Translations under genes and position numbers: made by a program
Shown here: in pieces, positions 47,125 to 55,968 of the stretch
How positions within the stretch are numbered: the first letter of the stretch is position 1
Layout of the letters: the number at the start of each line of letters is the position of its first letter
Notes under the pieces: generated by a model
Told to the model about the DNA's origin: nothing
The model's input: the letters and a program-made list of their open reading frames with translations, nothing else
Databases searched by the model: none
From: an uncultured virus (IMG/VR IMGVR_UViG_3300021400_004415)
Taxonomy: Duplodnaviria; Heunggongvirae; Uroviricota; Caudoviricetes
Strand: one strand, 5' to 3'
Virus record (IMG/VR): IMGVR_UViG_3300021400_004415
Length of the DNA: 64,000 nucleotides

Positions 47125-48708
47125 ATGGCAAACGATAATTCATACGTTCCTTCCCCGGCGGATGTCTCTTCCGTCAAGGAAACCGCCTTGGTGAAGGCTT
47201 TCGCCGAGTCTCTTGGCGAGCTTTTCTTTGAAGACTCTATCCGCCACATAGGCGGACGTCCGGCGTTTTCCGCCCCGGACTGGAAGGAACTGTCATCTGT
47301 TGACAGGGGTTTCTTCTATGACAAGGCCCTCTTTTGGGCCAAGTACCTTGAGCAGCGTTTCGGCCTTGATGCTATTTTGGGCGGTGATGATATCCGTCCG
47401 GATTACCTCGAAGAGGATGTGGCCCGTCAGGTCCACGAGAAGAAAGCGTCCCGGCTTGTGGCTGAAGGGTGGGTGCTGGGGCCGACGACCGACTCGGAGA
47501 AGAAGACGTCCCCCACGTTGGTTTACTATGACGATCTCCCGTTCGGGGAAGTCCTTGAGTGTCGCCGTATAGGAGGCATTGTGAATGCAGGACTCAATAA
47601 CTTCGTTGAAGAGTACCAAAAGGGCATCGACACTGTTGACGAGCTCATTGACAGCAAGGGCAAGCGGTTCAATATCGGTTACGGTATGGCTGTCGAGGCC
47701 CTGTCCGATGTCCGTTCCCGTCTGGAGAGCGGTATTGGTTGGAAGAGCTCTTCCCGTCATTATAACTTCACCGGAGTATCCGGCTTTTATCCTAAGTTCT
47801 CCCGTGGCAGCGTGTCTATCATGCACGGTGACAAGACCGGCCTGCGGTTTTATCCCAAGGCTGATGGGAGTGTCGGTATGGATGTCCTTTCCGACGCTTT
47901 CTCGGCGTATCGTGACATGAGTCCTCTCAATGTCATCTGTGACCTCAGGGACGGGCGTTACTGCCTGGACGGCGCCAACCTGGATCTCCTTCGCAAGGAA
48001 ACCCACCAGGGACACGAGGTTATCTACGGGCTCCGTTATGGTGAGAGCGCGGCTTTCTGTATCCCGCAGGGTGATGATAGCAAGGAGGATTTGGCCCTGA
48101 TGCGCGGTCTTACCGAGCGTGAGAAGAACATACGCATTGTCGATGCAAGTGTCTTCTCCCAGGCTATCGAGAAGTGGATGGAGCAGACGATAGGCGGCGG
48201 TTTTGAGCCCGCCCAGACTCCGAAGATCATGCATTATCTCTTTGATGGTGAGCATGTCTATTCCGAGAGGGAGAAGTCCCTTGATATGGTTCGTACCGTT
48301 TCTCCGGAGGTAGCCTCCGACTGGAAGCTCATCGATGCTCTCCTTGAGGGTGGCGAGAGCCTCCGGTACGAGTTCCAGTCCACTTGTGGTATTGATTCCG
48401 GCAGGAAGTTCAAGTTCGCAGATGCCCTCTACCCTTCACCTCTTGTTAGCGAGGAAGCTCTTTTCCTGTGTTCCAAGAATGGTGCGCAGCAACACGGTTT
48501 CCTTACCGCAGTGAAGGGTGAGGTTTGTATGTATAAGAGTATGGACGGATTTCTTCAGGGTAGCGAGAAACCCATGAAGGTATTCCCTTCGGTCAAGGAC
48601 GGTCTCGATTACTTCCGCTCCATTGTGATGCGTAAGGAGAATATCATGCAGGGACGTAGTGAGGTGAGCCGTTACAACAAACAGAAAGGTATTGGTATTA
48701 ACAAGTAA
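47125..48708 (+). CDS. RyR-domain-containing protein
   Basis: 'VARQVHEKKASRLVAEGWVLGPTTDSEKKTSPTLVYYDDLP' resembles the RyR repeat (HExW..GWxYG..D..KxHPxLVPYxxL). Confidence 0.7.
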   Translation: MANDNSYVPSPADVSSVKETALVKAFAESLGELFFEDSIRHIGGRPAFSAPDWKELSSVDRGFFYDKALFWAKYLEQRFGLDAILGGDDIRPDYLEEDVARQVHEKKASRLVAEGWVLGPTTDSEKKTSPTLVYYDDLPFGEVLECRRIGGIVNAGLNNFVEEYQKGIDTVDELIDSKGKRFNIGYGMAVEALSDVRSRLESGIGWKSSSRHYNFTGVSGFYPKFSRGSVSIMHGDKTGLRFYPKADGSVGMDVLSDAFSAYRDMSPLNVICDLRDGRYCLDGANLDLLRKETHQGHEVIYGLRYGESAAFCIPQGDDSKEDLALMRGLTEREKNIRIVDASVFSQAIEKWMEQTIGGGFEPAQTPKIMHYLFDGEHVYSEREKSLDMVRTVSPEVASDWKLIDALLEGGESLRYEFQSTCGIDSGRKFKFADALYPSPLVSEEALFLCSKNGAQQHGFLTAVKGEVCMYKSMDGFLQGSEKPMKVFPSVKDGLDYFRSIVMRKENIMQGRSEVSRYNKQKGIGINK

Positions 48709-48719
48709 TATATAGCATT

Positions 48720-51539
48720 ATGATAGGACTGATTTCCGGCGATATCATCGCTTCCCCGTATAACAGTGTTCCTACTGCTGATTATTCAAGTATCTTCTTC
48801 CCGTTGTTCACTGCTGCGGAACACGTCAGCGTTGACATGGAGAAGCGCCGTTCTTCCGTCAGGAGTTACGAGCCCAAGATGACGACTAACAGTGCCGTAG
48901 CCCTTGCGGCTACGGAGTGGTTCCTTCACTCCGATAAGGAAGGAGAGTCGTTCCGTGATTTCCTTGGTGACCGGAACGTTTCTTCCGCACGTCTGCTGTC
49001 CGTTTGTGGCCCTATTGTGCGTCTGTCCGGAAGCGAGGCGGAGGCACGCGGCCTTGTGGGGCGTGTCTTCGCTGAGATGAAGCCTGACGGTTCTGCCGAA
49101 CAGGAAGCCGACATGCTCACCTCCCTTATGTGGCGCTTGAAGCAGAACAAGGGATTCAGCCGTGCTGACCTTGGTTCGTTCCTTGAGGAAGCCGGCTTCC
49201 CAGGCATCTATTCGGCGTCGCTCATCCGTCCTTTCCTTGAAGGGACGGTTACGTTCGGTGAGACGCCCGGACACCTTGTGCCGGGTGACGGTAAGAAAAG
49301 TGCCGACCCCGCGGCTTACATAGTCGCTGCCGCCGTGGCTCTTGCGTCCGGCGAGTCCTGGGAAGAATGTGTTCGTCGCGCCACGGCCATGGGCGGTGAC
49401 GCCTCCCTGACGGCTTCCCTCACCGGCGCCCTGGCGGAGTTCCGTTACGGTGGTGTCCCCGATGTCATATCCGTCCGCGCCAAGGATTACCTTGACGACA
49501 CGCAGAGGGAGACTCTTAACGCCGCCGACAGGCGGGCCGTGTCTACCTCCGTGGGTGAAGGCACGTCTATTGACGAGTTGAACGGCCGTCAGGTCGATGT
49601 CATCCGTATGCCGGGTATGCAGTCGGTCTTTGCCGTGGAGCCCGGGGACGTGGAGATGATAGAGGCTATCGAAGCTTCACAACTCTCCATGGGTAATAAC
49701 TACAGGGTCGTTTCTCCGAAGGAGTTCCGTTCTGTTTATGAGGAGATGTCGCGGCAGCTTGATGCCGACGGCAAGGTTCTTTCGGGCGTATATGTGGAGA
49801 ATCATCGTCCGGAGATCCGGAGCCTTTGGCTCCAGGATGGCAAGCTGCGTTCCAGCAGCACCCGTGACGGTGTCCGCGTCGTATCGAAGGTCAGCCAGCC
49901 TCTTCCTTCGAAGGCTGTTCGCCAGCGTGTCTTCTCGGAGTTCCAGCAGTTCAAGGCGGAGGTGGAGAGGATTAGGACTGAACTTGAGAAGTCCGTCGAG
50001 TACAACCCGGCGGAATACGGCGGCAGGCACCTCTCTTTCCCCTCTGCACGTTATCCGGTAGTGTATGACTCTTATGTTGAGATTTACGAGAACGGTATCT
50101 GCAGGGGCCGCTGCGGCCTTAACGCTGATGGTCTGTTCTCGGTGTTCACTAACTCTCCTGAGTACACTTTCCATGGTGAAGGGATAGAGGGAGTGCTTAA
50201 CACGAGGGAGTTCTTCACCAAGGGAATGAATATGAAGCAATGCCTTGCAGCGCTGAATTTCTTCATTCTTGATATCGGTCTTTCTCCTGATGAGGAAGAG
50301 GCCAAGCACCTCAAGGATAACGACGAGGAGGCAATCGCAATTCGTAAGAAGTACGGTTCTAATTACGATGCCGTCCTGAAGGATATGGGTGTGTACTTTA
50401 CCCGCAAGGAGGCCGAGGATGAGAGAAGGGCTCACCCCGAGGACACGGCGGAGATTAAGCTTCTTCCCGAAGCCGTAACCCCTGCGGTGGCTACCCTGTC
50501 TCCGGAGGAGAAGGCCGCACGTGAGGCACGGCGGGCGGCCAGCGAGGCGGATTACGCATCGCGGGGAGTCACCGACCTGGTTACGCTCAGGGACTCCGAG
50601 GCTCATAAGGGTTCCGTGTTCACTATCGGACACTCCAACATGGAGATTGATGATTTTATCAAGAACCTCAAGCGTCATGGTATCGAGGTGCTTTGTGACG
50701 TGCGTTCGTTCCGTCAGTCACGATTTGCGCCGCAGTTCAATGAGGCGGCGTTGGAGAAGGCCCTTGCTGCGGCCGGCATAGAATACGAGGTGTTTGACAG
50801 TCTTGGCGGCCAGCAGAAGGGTTCCACCAGCAGGGTGTTGACCTATGACGAGGTCGTGAAGAAGTCCGCATTCAAGAATGATATTGACGTCTTACGTAGC
50901 AATGCCCGTAAGGGCCTCCGTTTCGCTCTCATGTGTAGTGAGGGTGATGCACTGGAGTGTCATCGTATGCTCCTTATCGGTCGCGCACTGGCTCATCCGG
51001 AGTACTCGCATCCTCAGGAGACCGCGAAGGAATTGGCAAAGCTTGAGAAGCTCCAGGAAGCGGTTGCCGTTGCTGAGAAGGCTGCTACTCCTTACCAGGA
51101 GCGCAAGACCCGCAAGGAACTTCGTGAGCAGCTGGAGAAGATTGACAAGAGCCTGGTCGAAAAGAGGAACGAACTGGAGAAGCGTATCAAGAATCTTCAT
51201 CATGACAACCTCATGGCTATCGAAGATGCTCATAAAAAGCTGGATTCATTCAATGAATCAAGGAAGTATACTCCTGTTGATGTGGAGCATATCGCCCGGA
51301 GGGGGTATGTCGTTTCCCAGGAAAGGCTCGAAACCGACCTTCAGGAGCGTTACGAGCTCGTCTATAAGGACGCTGTATCTAAACTGAAGGATACTGACAA
51401 GAAGCCTTCGTTGCTGGAGTTCGCTTTCAGCGCTGCCGAGGAGTCCATACGTGATAAGCAGTCTGCAAAGAAACAGGTGCGCCGCAGGCTGGCCGAGACG
51501 TCCAAGAAAAAGGCTTACAGAAAGGGATTTAAAAAGTAG
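48720..51539 (+). CDS. Fusion: degenerate ADP-ribosylglycohydrolase (DraG/ARH) + unknown middle region + DUF488
   Basis: 'MIGLISGDIIASPY', 'SWEECVRRATAMGGDASLTASLTGALAEFRYGGVP'; DUF488 motifs 'FTIGHSN', 'DVRS', 'LGG', 'LMCSEGDALECHR', 'VEHI'. Confidence 0.8.
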   Translation: MIGLISGDIIASPYNSVPTADYSSIFFPLFTAAEHVSVDMEKRRSSVRSYEPKMTTNSAVALAATEWFLHSDKEGESFRDFLGDRNVSSARLLSVCGPIVRLSGSEAEARGLVGRVFAEMKPDGSAEQEADMLTSLMWRLKQNKGFSRADLGSFLEEAGFPGIYSASLIRPFLEGTVTFGETPGHLVPGDGKKSADPAAYIVAAAVALASGESWEECVRRATAMGGDASLTASLTGALAEFRYGGVPDVISVRAKDYLDDTQRETLNAADRRAVSTSVGEGTSIDELNGRQVDVIRMPGMQSVFAVEPGDVEMIEAIEASQLSMGNNYRVVSPKEFRSVYEEMSRQLDADGKVLSGVYVENHRPEIRSLWLQDGKLRSSSTRDGVRVVSKVSQPLPSKAVRQRVFSEFQQFKAEVERIRTELEKSVEYNPAEYGGRHLSFPSARYPVVYDSYVEIYENGICRGRCGLNADGLFSVFTNSPEYTFHGEGIEGVLNTREFFTKGMNMKQCLAALNFFILDIGLSPDEEEAKHLKDNDEEAIAIRKKYGSNYDAVLKDMGVYFTRKEAEDERRAHPEDTAEIKLLPEAVTPAVATLSPEEKAAREARRAASEADYASRGVTDLVTLRDSEAHKGSVFTIGHSNMEIDDFIKNLKRHGIEVLCDVRSFRQSRFAPQFNEAALEKALAAAGIEYEVFDSLGGQQKGSTSRVLTYDEVVKKSAFKNDIDVLRSNARKGLRFALMCSEGDALECHRMLLIGRALAHPEYSHPQETAKELAKLEKLQEAVAVAEKAATPYQERKTRKELREQLEKIDKSLVEKRNELEKRIKNLHHDNLMAIEDAHKKLDSFNESRKYTPVDVEHIARRGYVVSQERLETDLQERYELVYKDAVSKLKDTDKKPSLLEFAFSAAEESIRDKQSAKKQVRRRLAETSKKKAYRKGFKK

Positions 51540-51621
51540 CTTTGTTATAGAACACGACATTCATAACAATGCTCAGGGAAAAGATAAAACTATTGGTCGC
51601 AAACGCTAAAACTTGATTGAT

Positions 51622-52914
51622 ATGACACTGATGACATCAGCAATCGTTGGACTTGGTCTTGCTATTGCAAATACCACTCTCAGAAGCGGGGTTTTGAAGA
51701 AGACAGGTGGTCGGTTTGGTTGGAGGAATTTTCTTTCCGCCCTTCCTGTTTTCATTGCGCCTTTCATGGCTGGTTTCAGCTTTGCTGGTATTGTTGCCAC
51801 TGCGCTTTTTGCGATGCCTCTTATTATAAACTCTGTTTCTTCCATCAGGAAGATAAACAAGGTACGCAAGGATAAGCGCGGGGAGAAGGTGAACGCCTAT
51901 GAAGAGGCGTCGAAAGCCGTCAAGGCGAAAGAGAAGAGCATTGAGAAGGCTGAGAAGCGGGGAGAGATATTGAATAATCTCAAAGGCCTTAAAATCTTCT
52001 CTGTCGCGGCCTTGTCCGGAGTCCTGGGCTGGGCTATTTCTAAGAACAGCGCACGGCTTGCCGATATGAAGAATTCCATTCAGGATTTGTACCTGCAGAA
52101 AGGTGCACGTGAACTGGCCCTGAAAAACATCAAGTCGGTAGGGGAGAAGTTTATCTCTGTCAGCGAGGTCACTCTTCCCGATGGAAGTAAGCGTTATGAG
52201 GTCGGTAGGGACCTCAAGCCGGCGCAGGTGGCGGAGATAAAGGAATACCTTTCTTCGAAGCTCGGAGTAGATGTCGATGACCCCAAGTATTTTGCCGTGT
52301 GCGGCTTGAATAATAACGATCTGGGCTTCAAGTATGGTGCAGACCGTGTCGCAATGTATTATGACAGGAAAGAGGCTTCTTTAAAGTCTGTTGGTGCTCC
52401 TGTGGATGAAATGGTTTTGACTTACGGCAAAGGTAAAAACGCCAGTGAGATGTCCGTTGTTGATTATGTCAATAAGGCTAATGAGTCAATGAAATCCAAG
52501 GGTCTTCAAAATTACAAGGAGGTTGCTGAAAACGGTTTCCTCGGTGGTCTTCACATGTGTGTCCTTGGCAACAGCGCCGTGGCCCTTTCCATGAACGATG
52601 TCGTGCTTGCTCACGCTGTGGCTGGCAATGACGGCCGTATCAGGTTGCAGGGTAATGTCGGTATGCAGGGGTCTGGCGCACAGAAGCGCCTTGTGTCGAA
52701 GATCAGCGGGTTGCTCAAGAGTGCTGGCACCATGCAGGAGTGGTGCGATATAGCCAAGGGTATCATCCTGCAGCCGGAGAATATCAAGGCCCTGAATAAC
52801 GGTTTGCTTGACAAGAAGAATGAGATTACTTCTTTCAAGGCCCGGAAGAATATTTTGAAAAATATCATCAACGCCCCGAAAAAGAACCTTAAGACACTTG
52901 GAAGGGCCCTTTAA
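51622..52914 (+). CDS. Hypothetical membrane protein with basic tail
   Basis: Several N-terminal hydrophobic helices; long ORF in the co-oriented cluster. Confidence 0.7.
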   Translation: MTLMTSAIVGLGLAIANTTLRSGVLKKTGGRFGWRNFLSALPVFIAPFMAGFSFAGIVATALFAMPLIINSVSSIRKINKVRKDKRGEKVNAYEEASKAVKAKEKSIEKAEKRGEILNNLKGLKIFSVAALSGVLGWAISKNSARLADMKNSIQDLYLQKGARELALKNIKSVGEKFISVSEVTLPDGSKRYEVGRDLKPAQVAEIKEYLSSKLGVDVDDPKYFAVCGLNNNDLGFKYGADRVAMYYDRKEASLKSVGAPVDEMVLTYGKGKNASEMSVVDYVNKANESMKSKGLQNYKEVAENGFLGGLHMCVLGNSAVALSMNDVVLAHAVAGNDGRIRLQGNVGMQGSGAQKRLVSKISGLLKSAGTMQEWCDIAKGIILQPENIKALNNGLLDKKNEITSFKARKNILKNIINAPKKNLKTLGRAL

Positions 52915-52926
52915 AATTGTTTTATT

Positions 52927-54354
52927 ATGATTGAGAAGTTTACCTTACGGTTTCCTGATTCCTCTCTTAATGGAGAGGGTCCTAACAACCTCCTTTACAG
53001 GGCATCCGGTCTTCTCCGGGCCTTCATGGATCCGGATAACATTGGCGAATCCGGTGTACCGATAGATTATGTAATGAACGAACTTGATTATCATGGTGAC
53101 CGGAGTGGGGTTCGGGACTTGGAATCGTCGGTCATTGATGACATTGTGGTTGGTAGGAACACTATTACTTTCACTGTGAAAGATAACTATTCTGGATTTA
53201 ATATCCCCCAGTATCTTGCTGATAAATTAAAAGTAGGCTTAGGTTATAGTTATACGGTGTTATTTGATGATGGGCTGAAAGATGATCGTGGATATCGTTA
53301 TGTCGAGCCGGTGCATTTTTTCCCAAATGTTTGGGGAAACCGTGGTTCTGATGGCCTGAGAGCCATTATCCGCAAGCCGGAATACGAATTCCTTGTATCA
53401 CTTGATGACCTGTGCAGGACAGGAAAGGTCCGTAGAGATACAGTCATGGAAAGCGTGTCTTCGGCGGAAGCCGTGTATGAGGTTTATGGTAATAAGCCTG
53501 AGCCGCTTTTGACGTTATCTATAATGGAGGAATCAGACAAGGGTTTCCTTGTTTATATCAAGGAAAGCGGTGATTCTTCAATTTTGCAGCCACTCTTTGT
53601 TGGAAACAATACTTTCTTTGAATCTAAGGGTTCTTTGGATGAAGAACATGATATTCTTGTTGGTCCTTGTCCGGTGCTTGATGGTGAACTTGTCCTTCAG
53701 AGGATAACGGATTGTGCTACTCAGTCAAAAGATGCCAGTTTCAAGGTTGATAAGTTCGGTAGGGAAATCGGCTCAGTGAGTTTGTCCGAAATATCTTCGA
53801 AGATTAAGCCTTCAGAACTTTTTGAGAACATCTCTTATTTTGATGCAATGGAGACAGCCCGTGAGGTTGGATTGATGCTTGAAAAAGCGGAAGGGGAGCA
53901 GGAGCATTATTCGGCTACATTGAGTGATATCTTTTGTCAACAGCTTGAAAAGCGTATGAAGGACAGGATTGACGGACAGTGTCGTTTAGCTCGGTTTGAT
54001 GAGTTTGTTTCTCCGGAGGTTAAACGTGCTGCTTCGTATGAAATGGCATTTTTGAAAGGTATTGAAGGCTTATCTGGTATCAAGAGGGATTCTTCTCTTA
54101 AGGGGAGTCATGTTGCGTCGGTTGACGGGTATGATGTTGTCGTCAAAAGGCATCCGGACGGTAGTCATTTCGTTTCGCTTGTGAAAGATGGCCATGGCGT
54201 TGGTTTTCTAAACGCTGTCCAGGAGGGCGAGATTCCTGCCGAGGAGATTGTCTCCAAGGCGTATCAGAAAGCTGTGAAAAGGGATAAGGCTTTGAAGAAG
54301 TTCGAGAGTTTTAAGTCGAAGATTGGTTTGGGAAGTAAGCATTTGAAAAGATAA
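52927..54354 (+). CDS. Hypothetical protein with basic tail
   Basis: 475-aa ORF; C-terminal motif shared with 47125..48708. Confidence 0.75.
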   Translation: MIEKFTLRFPDSSLNGEGPNNLLYRASGLLRAFMDPDNIGESGVPIDYVMNELDYHGDRSGVRDLESSVIDDIVVGRNTITFTVKDNYSGFNIPQYLADKLKVGLGYSYTVLFDDGLKDDRGYRYVEPVHFFPNVWGNRGSDGLRAIIRKPEYEFLVSLDDLCRTGKVRRDTVMESVSSAEAVYEVYGNKPEPLLTLSIMEESDKGFLVYIKESGDSSILQPLFVGNNTFFESKGSLDEEHDILVGPCPVLDGELVLQRITDCATQSKDASFKVDKFGREIGSVSLSEISSKIKPSELFENISYFDAMETAREVGLMLEKAEGEQEHYSATLSDIFCQQLEKRMKDRIDGQCRLARFDEFVSPEVKRAASYEMAFLKGIEGLSGIKRDSSLKGSHVASVDGYDVVVKRHPDGSHFVSLVKDGHGVGFLNAVQEGEIPAEEIVSKAYQKAVKRDKALKKFESFKSKIGLGSKHLKR

Positions 54355-54357
54355 GAC

Positions 54358-55008
54358 ATGGATGATTATCAATACGAAGAGTCTCAGCGCATAGCGTCTG
54401 AACTTCAAAATGAGGATATTCCGAGTTCCGTATTAACTCTTGCAAAATACGGTTCTTATGGGGAACATTTTCTGAATTCCATAGCCAAACTTTTCCATGC
54501 TCGTGAGGTCAGTGAAAATAAAGCTGCAACTGGGATGAAGCAATGGGATAAACTGACTGACGAAGAAGAGGTCCCATATATTAAAGAAGCGGTCAATTGG
54601 GCTGATTATTTTGAGGCGTGTAGCGGGATGTCCATTGATTCAGCCCTTAAGTGTCTTGATAATGGTGAGCCTGGTTTATGTGACAGTTTTGCTAAATTCA
54701 TGGTAGAGGAAAAGGGTTATTCTGAAGAACAGGTTTCTGATTTTATTTCAACAATGTCAGTGTATCGTTTTGATGCGCTGATGTGTTACGATGAAAAAAG
54801 TCCTTTGAAATTATCCGAAGACAGCAAGGCGCTTATTTCGTCAGACATTGACAGGCTTTTTGAGTTAGGTAAAGAAAGACAGTCTATTAAGGTTAGATTT
54901 AGTGCGGATATGGCGAATAACCCGAAGAAAAAATCTGCACTTGATATGTATAAGCATTTCTTAGGACTGAAGAACCGAGGCAAACGTAAGGGGAATATCC
55001 CCAGCTGA
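54358..55008 (+). CDS. Hypothetical protein, partial paralog of the N-terminus of 47125..48708
   Basis: 'FLNSIAKLF..QWDKLTDEEEVPYIKEAVNWADYFE' versus 'FAESLGELF..DWKELSSVDRGFFYDKALFWAKYLE'. Confidence 0.7.
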   Translation: MDDYQYEESQRIASELQNEDIPSSVLTLAKYGSYGEHFLNSIAKLFHAREVSENKAATGMKQWDKLTDEEEVPYIKEAVNWADYFEACSGMSIDSALKCLDNGEPGLCDSFAKFMVEEKGYSEEQVSDFISTMSVYRFDALMCYDEKSPLKLSEDSKALISSDIDRLFELGKERQSIKVRFSADMANNPKKKSALDMYKHFLGLKNRGKRKGNIPS

Positions 55009-55041
55009 TTTCCGTAATTTTAATATCTTATTTACGATTAA

Positions 55042-55062
55042 AGGCGGCCTTTTGGGCCGCCT
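55042..55062. terminator. Hairpin between convergent operons
   Basis: aggcggcc-ttttg-ggccgcct. Confidence 0.65.
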
Positions 55063-55080
55063 GCTGAGGTATGTGGTTTA

Positions 55081-55968
55081 TCATAACTCAAAACAATATC
55101 CTTCCTGCTCATAACAGCAGTGATGGCGGTGGATGGATTCGAGAAGGGCTGAAAGCTCCTTCGAGGATGTATTTCCATAACCGGCATCAATCTGGTCTTT
55201 ATATAGGTTTCTGTTGACTGACTGCCCGCTTAGGCGGGTTTCATAGTCAGGAGGCAGGAGCGCCCGAACTTTATCCCCCATGCGGCTCTTATACATGGAT
55301 TCGTAAATACTTACGCCGCAGAGGTCCAGATCTGGGAAATACAGCACGTTATTTTGCGTCTGCTCCAGAAATTTCATGACATCTTCCGTATAGGGATATC
55401 GTTTGAGTATGAAGCAGTGTGACGCTTCGTAGTCGGTAAGTCCTACATGGTTTAACCAGTTATGATTGAAGAACAGACGGGAGTTTTCCACCATGATGAT
55501 TGTCCACTTTGGCGGCAGTTGAAGTCCTCTTCCGTCATCTGTTATCATGAGTCCCGTCTGGGGAGTTATCGTGAAAATCGCGTCATGGTTCACAACCTTT
55601 ATATTGGAAGCCGGTATGATGGCAAAGCCGCTCTCAGAGGGCCCGGTGGAGCCCTCCTTGGAGTTCCCGCAGGCACGCACTTTCTCTTCCCTTGTATATC
55701 TTTCTCCGCTTGCAAGGCGCAAGGCATCGTCAAGGCTCTGGAGGAAGTTCGACTGTCGGGCGCACTCCTGGAGGAACCGGTTGGTATCAATGACGGAGTA
55801 GTAAAGTCTTGATCGGCGGCGGGTCGTCACTACGGCCCCGCTGGTGATAAGCCTGCTTATGAGGTCCTGGCTCTCCAGGGAGGAGAACCGGCCGGAGGGC
55901 AGGGTCTCCCCGTCACGGAGAGCGATAAGTAGGGCTACGGTGCCCCGTCTGTAAGTATTATCATTCAT
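55081..55968 (-). CDS. jetD: Wadjet JetD/MksG-like Toprim nuclease
   Basis: 'IIMVEN' Toprim glutamate, 'YFPDLDLCG' DxD, terminal 'EQEG'; overlaps the SMC gene. Confidence 0.75.
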   Translation of the reverse strand: MNDNTYRRGTVALLIALRDGETLPSGRFSSLESQDLISRLITSGAVVTTRRRSRLYYSVIDTNRFLQECARQSNFLQSLDDALRLASGERYTREEKVRACGNSKEGSTGPSESGFAIIPASNIKVVNHDAIFTITPQTGLMITDDGRGLQLPPKWTIIMVENSRLFFNHNWLNHVGLTDYEASHCFILKRYPYTEDVMKFLEQTQNNVLYFPDLDLCGVSIYESMYKSRMGDKVRALLPPDYETRLSGQSVNRNLYKDQIDAGYGNTSSKELSALLESIHRHHCCYEQEGYCFEL

